From an uncultured Clostridia bacterium (GTDB lineage Bacteria; Bacillota; Clostridia; DUPQ01): 64,000 nucleotides of DNA. Positions 41,353-52,177 of the stretch are shown in pieces (position 1 is the stretch's first letter; the number at the start of each line of letters is the position of its first letter). The notes beneath the pieces are model-generated. The model had not been told where the DNA came from, did no database searches, and saw only the letters and a list, made by a program, of their open reading frames with translations. The position numbers and the translations under genes were made by a program. Where the stretch lies: assembly GCA_963766335.1 (NCBI GenBank), contig CAVXZA010000002.1, forward strand, positions 1,037,386 through 1,101,385, given 5' to 3'.

Positions 41353-43221
41353 TCATGTTGCAGTGGCCTTTTTTAGCTTGAATTTCATTTTTATTCGGTT
41401 TGAATTTTTCACCGCAATGTATTTTTTGTATTTGCCGTTCCTGTTTCCGAGAATATCTGTTGAGGCTTGGAAATTTCCATCTGTTTCGATAGTGTAAATC
41501 CATCCTAATGCCGAAATTGTAAGACGGTTGTCCTCCTCTTTTATAATAGACTTATCACGGCCGTTTGTCATGAAAGCCGGCGTCAGAAAATAAATTTTAT
41601 CTTCTTCCGGGTTGTTTAAAATTGATTCAATTTCAACCCCTTCGCCGGTAATTTTATAAATTTCTGTAACACCGTCAATCCCTTTAAGAGCTTCCCCTGA
41701 ATAGCTTAATGACAGCACTGTTTTGTCAGGGGATTCTTCAATTACCTCAGTTTTGTGTAATAATCCATTATTGAACGAGTCTTTGAATGCTTCAAAGGAT
41801 CCTTTGCTGTCAAAATTATCCTTAATATAATCAAAGCTATGGCTGCTTTTATTGCTTGCGGTTGCCAGAAATTCTATATCGTTTGATTTATTCCAGCCGG
41901 GCGAAAGCGCCATGGCTTCGGGCACGCAACCCGGCGTGCCGTACCTGTGATGACGAAGAATCCCGGCTGAACCCGAGATAGCCAGCTCAGTTGGAACCCC
42001 GTTTTTATGAATCCGCCCGAGACCGGTGGAATCGTAAAAGAAATCTGCCGCTGTGTCCAATTCTATGGAATATGAAGCGCAGTTTGCAAATACCTTATGG
42101 AAGTGTTCCGTGGTTTCAAATACATATCCGCCCAACTCAGCAGGGCAGGGGAACTCATCTATCGTGTCATCTGCAAAAGGCATTCCTATGAAAAGGAAAA
42201 CACCCATTGTCATCATATATTTGTCAAAATAGCCATAACCTTCAACGCCGAATTTGCTTTCCACAGGGTAGAAATTTTTCATATGTCGGGCGCCGTCATC
42301 AGCTTTAAGCCACCTTGAGATTGATTTTATTGCCAGCCTGGCTGCCCTTTTATACATCCCTGCAAGTTTTAGGTTCCCTTCTTTCTTCCATCTTGTGGCT
42401 TCGTATTCAAAATTGGATGTCAGCAAAGACTCATTAAAAAGATATTGGTTGCTGCGGCCTCCGAATGGGAGCTGGAAAGCCGAAGATTGATAGAATAAGG
42501 CTGTTAATGCTCCTTTTTTAAGATTGTCATCAAGCTTTTTTGCATATTTCCCGTTATAACCGTAGCCAGTAATAAGTTGTGCCTGGACACGGGTCGTAAG
42601 GTCGTAAAGCATTGGATTGTAAGGGTCCATATACATCCCATTATCGTCGAAATACTTAAACTGATGGTCCCAGTATTTATCAAAGAACTCTTCTGTATCT
42701 GTATATCCCTCTGTTTCCAGCAGCCACGAACCGGCCATGGCATATATATTCCAGTTGCGTATGTGATCCCAGCTTTTGCGGTGCGTTTCAGTGTTGCTAT
42801 ACTGTGTTTCAGGGTCAACCTTTCCTAAAAGGGTCAACCACTCTTTTTGTTTTTCATCACTAACAAACGGCTTCATGGCTTTGAAACCAAGCATTGTTTC
42901 TTTTAATGCGAAATCCAGTGTATTTGGAGGAACCTGCCGGTAAAAATCATTACACAGTGCTTCCATCATTGAAAACCACAGCTCTTTATATTCCGGTATC
43001 CGCCCATTGGAAAGCAGGCCCGCGATTCCGCAGGCTATACGTGAATAAGCATGGATGTCGTCAACCATCCCGCCGGGTTCCGGAAGACGGTCTTCAAGCG
43101 ATTTTTTATCATATGCTTTTACACAGAGCTCAATTACATCAAGATAATCTTTTTTTCCAACTCCGGATGTTGTGAAATTCTCAGGCATTTCTGCGTTTTC
43201 TACATATTTGAAAAAATCCAT
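41353..43221 (-). CDS. hypothetical cytoplasmic protein (about 620 aa), family not recognised
   Basis: Long intact ORF inside the arg operon with no signal peptide and no confidently recognisable motif. Start chosen at ATG 43221 with AAGGAAGGG upstream; a GTG at 43236 is the alternative. Confidence 0.5.
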   Translation of the reverse strand: MDFFKYVENAEMPENFTTSGVGKKDYLDVIELCVKAYDKKSLEDRLPEPGGMVDDIHAYSRIACGIAGLLSNGRIPEYKELWFSMMEALCNDFYRQVPPNTLDFALKETMLGFKAMKPFVSDEKQKEWLTLLGKVDPETQYSNTETHRKSWDHIRNWNIYAMAGSWLLETEGYTDTEEFFDKYWDHQFKYFDDNGMYMDPYNPMLYDLTTRVQAQLITGYGYNGKYAKKLDDNLKKGALTALFYQSSAFQLPFGGRSNQYLFNESLLTSNFEYEATRWKKEGNLKLAGMYKRAARLAIKSISRWLKADDGARHMKNFYPVESKFGVEGYGYFDKYMMTMGVFLFIGMPFADDTIDEFPCPAELGGYVFETTEHFHKVFANCASYSIELDTAADFFYDSTGLGRIHKNGVPTELAISGSAGILRHHRYGTPGCVPEAMALSPGWNKSNDIEFLATASNKSSHSFDYIKDNFDSKGSFEAFKDSFNNGLLHKTEVIEESPDKTVLSLSYSGEALKGIDGVTEIYKITGEGVEIESILNNPEEDKIYFLTPAFMTNGRDKSIIKEEDNRLTISALGWIYTIETDGNFQASTDILGNRNGKYKKYIAVKNSNRIKMKFKLKKATAT

Positions 43222-43232
43222 TACCCTTCCTT

Positions 43233-44240
43233 TCACGACTGTGTCATCATGACTGCTTTTTCTGCTGTAATTTCAAATTCGAGTGGTTTTTCTTCAATAA
43301 TATTGCTGATTTCTTTTATCATAGCTTCTGCATATTCCAATACAACGCTGGAGCCGGACACATGAGGCATGCAAATTACGTTTGGAAGATTTCTTAGCTC
43401 ACTATCCGGTGCAAGGGGTTCTTCTTCAAAAACATCAAGTGCGGCATATATTCTGCCGGATTTTAACACTTCTGTTAAATAGGCTTCGTCAATTATGCTG
43501 CCCCTGGCAGTATTAACAAGAAGAGCATTGTTTTTAATGGTGTCAATCCGGTCTTTTCCTATCAGTCTTTGTGAGCCGGGGTTCCGGGAAGCGTGAATTG
43601 AAATTATATCGGCTTTTCTAAACGCAGCATCCAGGTCATGTATGAAATCTACATCGGAATATGCATTGATTACTTCTTTTGTTAAATAGGGATCATATAC
43701 TTTCAGGTTTATATTGAAAGGAACAAGAAGTTCGTATAGGAATTTTGCAATGTCACCGAATCCAATAAAAAGCACATCGGCTCCGTGGAGGCTTTTCATG
43801 TCCCCGTACTCTCCAATACCACTTTTCCAGCCGCCGTTCCTTGTTATATTTGTATATTTAAAGAGTTTTAAACGCGACGCAAGGAAATAAGCCAGCGTGC
43901 TTTCAGCTACGGCCTTCGCCATGACTTTATTTGAGCTTGATACCCGGATTCCCTTTTTATATACTTCGGGACATACTATGTTATATACGCTTCCGGCACA
44001 GTGTCCTATGAACTTAAGGCTATCAGCATTTTCAAGGACCTTTGGTGTAATCTGCGGCGATTGCCAGTGGGTTATGCATACGTCCATGCCTTTGATTTCC
44101 TCCGCTAGCTCTTCTTCTGTCCACGGGCGGTCAAGCATGTTTTGTTTAACATGTCCGAGTGCTTCCAGTTTTTTCATGATTTTACGGGGAAAATATTTTT
44201 CTTTAATCATTCCTTCACAAACACTTAAAAGAATATTCAT
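43233..44240 (-). CDS. D-isomer-specific 2-hydroxyacid dehydrogenase family protein
   Basis: NAD-binding motif GIGEYGDMKSLHGADVLFIGFGDIAKFL and a catalytic His/Glu/Arg region are present. The start overlaps the argB stop (TGATG). Confidence 0.75.
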   Translation of the reverse strand: MNILLSVCEGMIKEKYFPRKIMKKLEALGHVKQNMLDRPWTEEELAEEIKGMDVCITHWQSPQITPKVLENADSLKFIGHCAGSVYNIVCPEVYKKGIRVSSSNKVMAKAVAESTLAYFLASRLKLFKYTNITRNGGWKSGIGEYGDMKSLHGADVLFIGFGDIAKFLYELLVPFNINLKVYDPYLTKEVINAYSDVDFIHDLDAAFRKADIISIHASRNPGSQRLIGKDRIDTIKNNALLVNTARGSIIDEAYLTEVLKSGRIYAALDVFEEEPLAPDSELRNLPNVICMPHVSGSSVVLEYAEAMIKEISNIIEEKPLEFEITAEKAVMMTQS

Positions 44241-45154
44241 CACGATTCCTCCCATACTTTCTCGTCTTCAAAGTACTTATCTTTTGCCTGGGAAATCATT
44301 GTTCCTATTCCTTTGTTAGTGAATATTTCCAGTAGTATGCAGTGTGGGATTCGACCGTCAATTATATGGGTGCGGCCAACGCCGTTTTCGATTGCATGGA
44401 CGCAGCCGAGAACCTTTGGTATCATGCCGCCTTCAATTACGCCCTCGCCGATGAGGGTATGAACTTCATCTGTTGAAAGGGCATGAAGTATATCACCATC
44501 GTCTTTTGAAGTTTTAACACCTTCAACATCGGTCAGCAGGATTAGTTTTTCAGCCTTCATTGCACTTGCTATTTTCCCGGCGACTGTATCAGCGTTTATA
44601 TTATATGCCTTGCCCTCTGGACCCGATCCGATAGGTGCAATAACAGGTATATATTCATAAGATGACAAACGGGCTAATGCAGCAGCATCAATTTCAGTAA
44701 TATCTCCGACATAGCCGATGTCAACAGCTTCACCGTTAACTTCTGCATAATGCTTTTTGCATTTTATTATGCCTGCATCAATTCCCGAGATGCCGATGGC
44801 CTTGCCGCCTTTTTTATTCATCCGTGAAACTATATCCTTATTTGTTTTGCCAACAAGCACCATCTGCACCACTTCCATTGTGGCTTCATCGGTAACCCTT
44901 AGGCCATTTATGAAATTTGATTCTATGCCTGAATCCTTTAATGTACTTGATATGGCCGGACCTCCGCCGTGTACTATAATAGGATTCATACCGATATACT
45001 TAAGAAGCGTGACGTCTTCCATCACTGAATCTTTCAGTGTTTCATTTATCATTGCGTTTCCACCGTACTTTATGACGACTGTTTTCCCGTAAAGCCGCTG
45101 TATATAAGGCAGTGCTTCAATCAGTATTTCTGCTTTTTTAATTAATTTTTCCAT
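44240..45154 (-). CDS. argB: acetylglutamate kinase
   Basis: Amino-acid kinase fold with an ArgB-like sequence ([17 protein letters not shown]). Confidence 0.9.
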   Translation of the reverse strand: MEKLIKKAEILIEALPYIQRLYGKTVVIKYGGNAMINETLKDSVMEDVTLLKYIGMNPIIVHGGGPAISSTLKDSGIESNFINGLRVTDEATMEVVQMVLVGKTNKDIVSRMNKKGGKAIGISGIDAGIIKCKKHYAEVNGEAVDIGYVGDITEIDAAALARLSSYEYIPVIAPIGSGPEGKAYNINADTVAGKIASAMKAEKLILLTDVEGVKTSKDDGDILHALSTDEVHTLIGEGVIEGGMIPKVLGCVHAIENGVGRTHIIDGRIPHCILLEIFTNKGIGTMISQAKDKYFEDEKVWEES

Positions 45155-45200
45155 AATTTACCTCATTCCGGATTTCATCATTTCCTGATTCAGGTTGAAA

Positions 45201-46241
45201 TCATATGTATAGTCCGGCGCTTAGCAAACCGTCGGTTTCCGGGTATCCGTGCATTAAGTTCAGGTTCTGTACAGCTTGTGAAGCCGCCCCTTTGCCAAGG
45301 TTGTCAATGGCTGAAATCACAATAATCCTGTTCATTCGTTCGTCGTAAAAGGGGGCGATGTCCGCAAAATTCGTTCCGGCGACGGCTTTAACTGACGGTA
45401 TGTCTCCATCTTCCTTGATCCTTATAAAAGTCTCTCCTTTATAATACATATTATATATATCAATTAAATCCTTGGTTTTCAGTGGCTTTTTTGCATTAGT
45501 ATAAATCGTAGCCGACATACCCCTTTTAAAGGGAGCCAGGTGGGGTGTGAATCCCGCGGTTACGGTTTTGCCTGCCAACAGTGACAGCTGCTCTTCAATT
45601 TCGGTTGTATGCCTGTGACCGGTTATTTTATACGGAGCAAAATTTCCGTCAACCTCACAGTAGGAGTAAGGTAGGCTGGCTTTTCGCCCGGCGCCTGAAA
45701 CACCGGATACTGCGCTTATATTAATAGTATTGATATCTATCAGATTATTTTCCAGCAGCGGTGCGAGGCCAAGGATTGAACAGGTGGGATAACAGCCGGG
45801 ATTAGCTATTAATGCCGCATCTTTGATTTTCTCGCGGTTAAGTTCCGGCAATCCGTAGACAGCCTTTTCAAGAAGGTCAGGGTATCCATGTGGAAGTCCA
45901 TATGTTTTTTCATATAATTCCGCTGAAGTGTACCGGTAGTCGGCGCTGAGGTCAACGACCTTTTTACCGGATGATATCAGTTTGAAGACGGCTTCCTGGC
46001 TTGCCGCATGAGGGAGTGCAGTAATAAAGCAATCTGCTTTCCCTGATATAACATTATAGTCAGTGGCTTCGCACACAAGGTCGCAGATACCGCTCAAACT
46101 GGGATAAACATCAGAAATTTTCCTGTCTTTGAAGGTTTTGGAAACAACGCAGGTTATCAAAAAACCGGGATGACCGGCAAGGAGCCTTATGCATTCAGCC
46201 CCTGCATAACCCGTAGCACCGATGATTCCTACTTTTATCAT
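45201..46241 (-). CDS. argC: N-acetyl-gamma-glutamyl-phosphate reductase
   Basis: Semialdehyde dehydrogenase fold with an active-site Cys (NPGCYPT). First gene of the operon. Confidence 0.9.
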   Translation of the reverse strand: MIKVGIIGATGYAGAECIRLLAGHPGFLITCVVSKTFKDRKISDVYPSLSGICDLVCEATDYNVISGKADCFITALPHAASQEAVFKLISSGKKVVDLSADYRYTSAELYEKTYGLPHGYPDLLEKAVYGLPELNREKIKDAALIANPGCYPTCSILGLAPLLENNLIDINTINISAVSGVSGAGRKASLPYSYCEVDGNFAPYKITGHRHTTEIEEQLSLLAGKTVTAGFTPHLAPFKRGMSATIYTNAKKPLKTKDLIDIYNMYYKGETFIRIKEDGDIPSVKAVAGTNFADIAPFYDERMNRIIVISAIDNLGKGAASQAVQNLNLMHGYPETDGLLSAGLYI

Positions 46242-46323
46242 TATTTTATCCTCCCGCTTGTTATTATACCAAATAGCATATTTTATAACTAAATTAAATA
46301 ATTTTTCATAATTATACAGAATT

Positions 46324-46339
46324 ATGCATAAAAATGCAA
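46324..46339. promoter_or_regulatory. putative ArgR/AhrC operator (ARG-box-like) upstream of argC
   Basis: ATGCATAAAAATGCAA resembles the TGnATwwwwATnCA ARG-box core. It lies about 85-100 bp upstream of the argC start in an AT-rich promoter region. Confidence 0.25.
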
Positions 46340-46500
46340 CATATTTTTATATCGGTTTTTCAAAATTTACTGTGCTTGGATAGTTTATGCAATTCATACA
46401 AATAGGTAATTGTTTTTTTGTAATAATCAACACTTATAACATAATAGTAAAAGTGTTAAGATTAAGTAGAAGTTTTTATAGAAAAACGGGAGGAATTAAA

Positions 46501-47625
46501 ATGGCAAAAGTTATAGTAAGAAACGTATATAAAAAGTATGAACCTTCACGTGGTGGAATTACCGCTGTATCCGACTTCAATCTTTCAATTGAAGACAAGG
46601 AATTCTTGGTTCTGCTAGGCCCATCAGGTTGTGGTAAAACAACAACACTCAGAATGATAGCCGGACTTGAAGATATAACCGCCGGTGAAATCTATATCGG
46701 AGATAAACTCGTTAATGACGTACAGCCAAAAGACAGAGACATCGCAATGGTTTTCCAGAATTATGCACTGTATCCCCATATGACGGTTTTCGACAATATG
46801 GCATTCGGACTTAAACTCAGAAGAACACCTAAAGATGAAATTAAACAGAGAGTTCATGAAGCCGCCAGGATTCTTGAAATCGAACATCTTCTTGACAGAA
46901 AACCAAAAGCACTATCCGGCGGGCAGCAGCAGAGGGTTGCACTCGGTCGTGCTATAGTCCGAGAACCAAAAGTATTCCTCATGGACGAACCGCTTTCTAA
47001 CCTTGACGCCAAGCTGAGGGGACAGATGAGGGTTGAGCTCACAAAACTTCACCAGAGATTGCATACAACGATTATCTTCGTTACACATGACCAGGTTGAA
47101 GCCATGACAATGGGTACCAGGATTGTTTGTATGAAGCTCGGATTCATCCAGCAGGTTGACATACCGCAGGTAATGTATGAAAATCCGGTTAATATGTATG
47201 TTGCAGGATTCATCGGAACTCCTCAGATGAACTTTATTGACGGTCTGATTACCGAAGACGGTAAAACTGTTTACCTCACCTTAGGCAATTCAAAGATTAA
47301 GCTTCCCGAAAGCAGGGCAGCTAAAATTACCGGCCAGGGTTACGACTTGAAGGAAGTTGTTATCGGCATGAGACCGGAGCATCTACATGATGAGCAAATG
47401 TATATTGATTCAATGCCCGGTGCAGTTGTTGATGCAAGCGTAGAAGTTGTGGAATTGATGGGACCCGAAGCACTTGTATATTGTGTAATTGAAGGAACAA
47501 ACATGATTGCACGTGTTAAACCTCATACAAAAGCAAGACCCGGCGATTCTATCAAAATGGCCATCGATACAAGCAGGATTCATATATTTGATAAAGAAAC
47601 AGAAAACGTGCTCTTCAACGAGTAG
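46501..47625 (+). CDS. sugar ABC transporter ATP-binding protein (MalK/MsmX/UgpC family), stand-alone
   Basis: Walker A GPSGCGKTT, LSGGQQQRVALGRA signature, a C-terminal TOBE/MalK regulatory domain, and a GGAGGAA RBS. Confidence 0.8.
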   Translation: MAKVIVRNVYKKYEPSRGGITAVSDFNLSIEDKEFLVLLGPSGCGKTTTLRMIAGLEDITAGEIYIGDKLVNDVQPKDRDIAMVFQNYALYPHMTVFDNMAFGLKLRRTPKDEIKQRVHEAARILEIEHLLDRKPKALSGGQQQRVALGRAIVREPKVFLMDEPLSNLDAKLRGQMRVELTKLHQRLHTTIIFVTHDQVEAMTMGTRIVCMKLGFIQQVDIPQVMYENPVNMYVAGFIGTPQMNFIDGLITEDGKTVYLTLGNSKIKLPESRAAKITGQGYDLKEVVIGMRPEHLHDEQMYIDSMPGAVVDASVEVVELMGPEALVYCVIEGTNMIARVKPHTKARPGDSIKMAIDTSRIHIFDKETENVLFNE

Positions 47626-47666
47626 TTTGTTAATTTGACTTCATCGCCAGATACATGAAAAATACA

Positions 47667-47707
47667 GCCACCGATATGCTAAAAAATCATTCGGTGGCTT
47701 TCTTTAT
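47667..47707 (+). terminator. rho-independent terminator after the ABC ATPase gene
   Basis: AGCCACCGA...TCGGTGGCT stem followed by TTCTTTAT. Confidence 0.5.
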
Positions 47708-47775
47708 GGAATGCTGCCCCTCCTCCGTTGTTCCAAATGTGTGGTATAATAGTCAGGAAGGATTTCGCGGGTGAT

Positions 47776-48339
47776 ATGGACAAGTTTTTAATTGCAGGAC
47801 TGGGGAATCCCGGGATAAGATACCGGAAAACACGCCATAACATGGGTTTTATGGCGCTTGACTATGTCTCGGAAAAATTTTCAGTAAAAGTTAAAAAATT
47901 AAAATGCCGCGCCCTGACAGGTGAAATTAACATCGACGGGGCGAAAGTTATCCTGGCAAAACCTCAGACATATATGAATGCAAGCGGCGAAAGCATCAGG
48001 GAGCTTCTAGCGTACTATAATTTAACCACGGATAACCTGATTGTCATCTATGATGATATGGACATACCTCTTGGGAAAGTCCGAATTCGAAAAAAAGGAG
48101 GGGCGGGAACCCATAACGGAATGAAATCACTCCTGTATCATCTGAAAACAGAGAACTTTATTAGAATACGCATCGGCATTAATGCAAATGAAGGTGAAGA
48201 TACAATCAGATATGTACTTAGCAAAATCACAAAAGACCAGCGCAAAGAAGCTTTCACAGGAATAGAAAAAGCCGCACAGGCATCTGTTGAAATCGTAAAA
48301 AACGGAATCAATGCAGCAATGAATAAATTTAATAAGTAA
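47776..48339 (+). CDS. pth: peptidyl-tRNA hydrolase
   Basis: The N-terminus LIAGLGNPG..Y..TRHNMGF is the Pth signature. Confidence 0.85.
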   Translation: MDKFLIAGLGNPGIRYRKTRHNMGFMALDYVSEKFSVKVKKLKCRALTGEINIDGAKVILAKPQTYMNASGESIRELLAYYNLTTDNLIVIYDDMDIPLGKVRIRKKGGAGTHNGMKSLLYHLKTENFIRIRIGINANEGEDTIRYVLSKITKDQRKEAFTGIEKAAQASVEIVKNGINAAMNKFNK

Positions 48340-48422
48340 TCAATATAGTTTTACTGAAGAACATTAAATTATTCAGCGTTGTTTGCGTCCTTGTAATATT
48401 AGAAAAGAAAGTCAAAAACATA

Positions 48423-51400
48423 ATGAAAATATTACTCAAACCGCTGCAGGACATCCCGCAGTTCGACGGGATTATAAAGACCATTTCAGCCGGAAAAGGA
48501 CCCGTTGGAGTCAACGGCCTGGTTGATCCGGCAAGGGCTATTTTCGCATATGCGCTTTTTCAGAAAACCGGAAGACGATGTCTAATACTAACCCACAGCC
48601 GGGTCAAGGCAAAAAAAATATATGAAGGACTGCGTATATTTGATTCCGACGGTGCATTGCATTTTCCCACAAGGGAACTGATGCCTTTCGAAATAGAAGC
48701 TCGAAGCCACGGTTATGAGACTGAAAGAGTAAATGCACTTTACAGATTCGCCATAAATGATTACTCGGTTGCCGTCGCTCCTATTGAAGCAATGTGCATA
48801 AGAATTCGGCAAAAAGGAGGAATTTCTTAAAAAAGTCATAAACATAGAGAAAGCAAAAGAGTATGAAAGGGACAAACTGTCCGAAGAGCCTTACTGGCAT
48901 CCGGTTATGAAAAATGCGACATGGTTGAAAGCGAAGGCCAGTTCGCGGTTCGCGGAGACATCTTTGATATATATTCACCCGGCAGCGACAGGCCATGCAG
49001 AATTAATTTTTTCGGAGATGAGGTAGAAAATATCAAATTTTTTGACCCGGGCACCCAGCTGTCGGATGAAGAAACTGCAATCTGTATTAATATTGCCTTG
49101 CAGCGAGCAGACCGGCTCACTAAAAGATATCATTGAAAAGTTAAAAGCAGTTCCAAATCCGCCAGCGCCGATTTCCTCGGATATAGAAAAGATTGAAAAC
49201 GGTCTTTTGCATTTTCCGATGGACAAACATTTCGCCTTGGTGGACGGAACCTGTTTTGCCACATCATATATAGATGAAGATACAATCATTATCCTTGATA
49301 ATGATAAACGCTGCCTGCGAAAAATGAATACCGTTCTTGAAAGAATACGGCACCACATGTGAAAAACTTCTTGAAACACAATCCGCCGTGCCTGAATCAT
49401 GCATGATGGTAGCCGGTCTGTTTGAATCAATGGGGAAAAGGGAACCTGGGATTATTATCCCCGACATAACCGGTCCGGATGACGAGTTTAGCCTTTACAG
49501 GCAATTTAGCATACTTACAAGGGAAAACCCGTCTTACGGCGGCAGGATGGACCTGCTTCTAGAGGACATCAGGAAATGGAAATCAAAAGGGCGCAGAACA
49601 GCTCTTATTGCACCGTCAAAAAAGAGCAGCCATATATTATCCGATTACCTTGCATCCAATAATATAGACATACACGGCCGAAACAATTATAACGGAGACA
49701 TACACGCAGGAACAGTTGTCATGCTGGACAACGGACCTGCTGAAGGATTTGAAATACTTGAAGCCGGCCTTTGTGTGGTCGGGAGCGGTAAAATTTTCAG
49801 AAAAAGCAAGAAAGAGCAGACAGAACGGAAAAAGCAAAAAGGCATGGATTTATTCGCTGACTTAAAACCAGGGGATTTCGTTGTCCATGATTACCATGGA
49901 ATAGGCAAATACATAGGTATAGAGAATATCAAAGCCGCGGGAATACGCCGCGATTATGTAAAGGTTGAATATAAAAAGAGCGACTACGTATATATACCGG
50001 TAGATAAACTTGATTCAATCCAAAAATACATTGGAAGCGGGGGAAGGGCCCCGAGGCTGTCAATACTGGGCGGCAAAGAGTGGGAGAATACAAAAGCGCG
50101 GGTTAAGGAATCCGTCAAGAACATTGCCAAAGAACTTGTTGAACTATATGCCAAACGTAAAGCTAACAAGGGGCACAGATATTCTGCCGATACAATATGG
50201 CAGGTGTCATTTGAAGAAGAATTCCCGTTTGAAGAGACAAACGACCAACTGCGCTGCATTGATGAAATAAAAGGGGATATGGAATCCGATATCATAATGG
50301 ACAGGCTTCTCTGCGGGGATGTAGGCTATGGAAAAACGGAAGTGGCGCTGCGGGCTGCATTTAAGGCGGTTATGGATGGAAGACAGGTGGCATTCCTGGT
50401 TCCTACAACTGTGCTTGCCTACCAGCATTACAATACATTTAAAAGCAGGATGAAGAATTTCCCTGTTAACATCGAACTTATGTGCCGTTTCAGAAGCAAA
50501 AAACAGCAGCAGCGGACATTAGAGGGTTTAAGGGCGGGAAGCGTTGACATTGTGGTCGGCACGCACAGGCTGCTTCAAAAAGACATTGTGTTCAAAAAGC
50601 TTGGACTGCTTGTAGTAGACGAAGAGCAGAGGTTCGGTGTAGAGCATAAAGAAACAATTAAGAACTATAAAAACGACATTGATGTCCTTACCCTGACTGC
50701 AACTCCCATTCCGCGGACGCTTCACATGTCGCTGTCAGGTATACGTGACATAAGCGTCATTGAAGATCCGCCTGCAAAGCGGTTCCCCGTCCAGACATAT
50801 GTAATGGAATATGACCCGGATGTAATAAGGGATGCAGTCGACCGTGAAATCAGCAGGGGAGGCCAGGTTTTCTACCTTTATAACCGTGTCAGGGAAATGG
50901 ACAGCAAGTATGCTAAACTTAAACAACTCCTGGGCGATGAGGTAAGGATAGGAATCGCCCACGGGCAGATGGATGAAAATAAGCTTGAAAATGTAATGGT
51001 TGATTTCATCAAAGGCGATTATGATGTCCTTCTATGTACAACAATTATAGAATCAGGCCTGGATATCCCGAATGTCAATACAATGATTATTGAAGACTCG
51101 GACAGGATGGGACTGTCGCAGCTCTACCAGATAAGGGGCAGGGTAGGCAGGTCCGACAAAGTCGCCTATGCATACATAACCCATAAACATGGGAAAGTTA
51201 TAACAGAGGACGCATCTAAAAGACTTGAAGCAATAAGGGAATTCACGGAGTTCGGTTCAGGATTCAAAGTGGCAATGCGCGACCTTGAAATCAGGGGCGC
51301 CGGAAATCTTCTCGGCGCAAACCAGCATGGACATCTTGAAAGGATTGGCTACGATCTATATGTAAGGATACTTAAACAGGGCTGTCAAGGAACTCGGCGG

Positions 51401-51915
51401 GGAAAGTTGAAGAAGAAGAGATTCGGACAGCTGCACTGTTGAACTTAATATAAATGCATTTATTGACAAAGAATACATCAGCAATGACCTGATGCGAATG
51501 GAAATGTATAAGAAAATAGCGGTTGTTTCAGATGAAAAACAGAAAAAGAGACTGCTTAGATGAAATGACAGACCGTTTCGGAACACCGCCTGCACGAAAC
51601 TATGGTGCTGCTTGAAGCGGCTCTTGTAAAAAACCTTGCAGCGGCATGTGGTATTGAATCCGTAACTAAGAAACAAATCAGATATAATATTCACTTTTGC
51701 AGAAGGACAGATTCCCGCCTCCTGAAATTCTTGCCAGGCTTCCTGAAATCCTGCCGGGAAGGGCGGTGGTCAGTATGGGAGTTAAGCCCGGAATCAGGCT
51801 TAATAATTTCAAACGGGAAGATGTAGATTTTTCGGCAATATATAAATTGCTGGCATGTATTGAAAATCAGCAAATCATAATATATAGAAACAGTATGTTA
51901 TCTTGCAAAAGATGA
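48423..51915 (+). pseudogene. mfd: transcription-repair coupling factor Mfd, disrupted by multiple frameshifts
   Basis: Mfd-homologous segments occur in alternating frames (48423-48830 f0, about 48815-48915 other frame, 48921-49136 f0, 49042-49362 f1, 49337-51442 f2, then at least four more frame changes to 51915). The helicase motifs DVGYGKTEVALRAAF and the GDFVVHDYHGIGKY RID region are recognisable. Confidence 0.8.
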
Positions 51916-52151
51916 TTATAAAACTATATTTATGATTAGAAATGTGCACAAAATCATTAGAAAAATCCTATATTTAACAAAAAGACAACATTTGTTACAA
52001 AATTGTAAAATTATTAATACATAATTATATAAAAATATCGCAAAAACACAATATTTTGTGGTATATTAGGGTATATAAAACACAAGTATTAGTGGTTCAT
52101 TCAAACTGTTGTCAATACAAGATTGGTCAATTTGCTTTATAGAATCTAAAA

Positions 52152-52177
52152 ATTGTTAAAAATTGTTAAAATATGTT
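52152..52177. repeat. short tandem direct repeat (AAAAATTGTTA x2) in the AT-rich intergenic region upstream of the pilin gene
   Basis: The sequence aaaaattgttaaaaattgttaaaat is seen directly. Confidence 0.6.

Noticed and set aside
52152-52177. CRISPR array or mobile-element terminal repeats in the AT-rich region
   Set aside because: Only two copies of an 11-mer, no spacer-repeat periodicity, and no transposase or integrase genes anywhere in the window.
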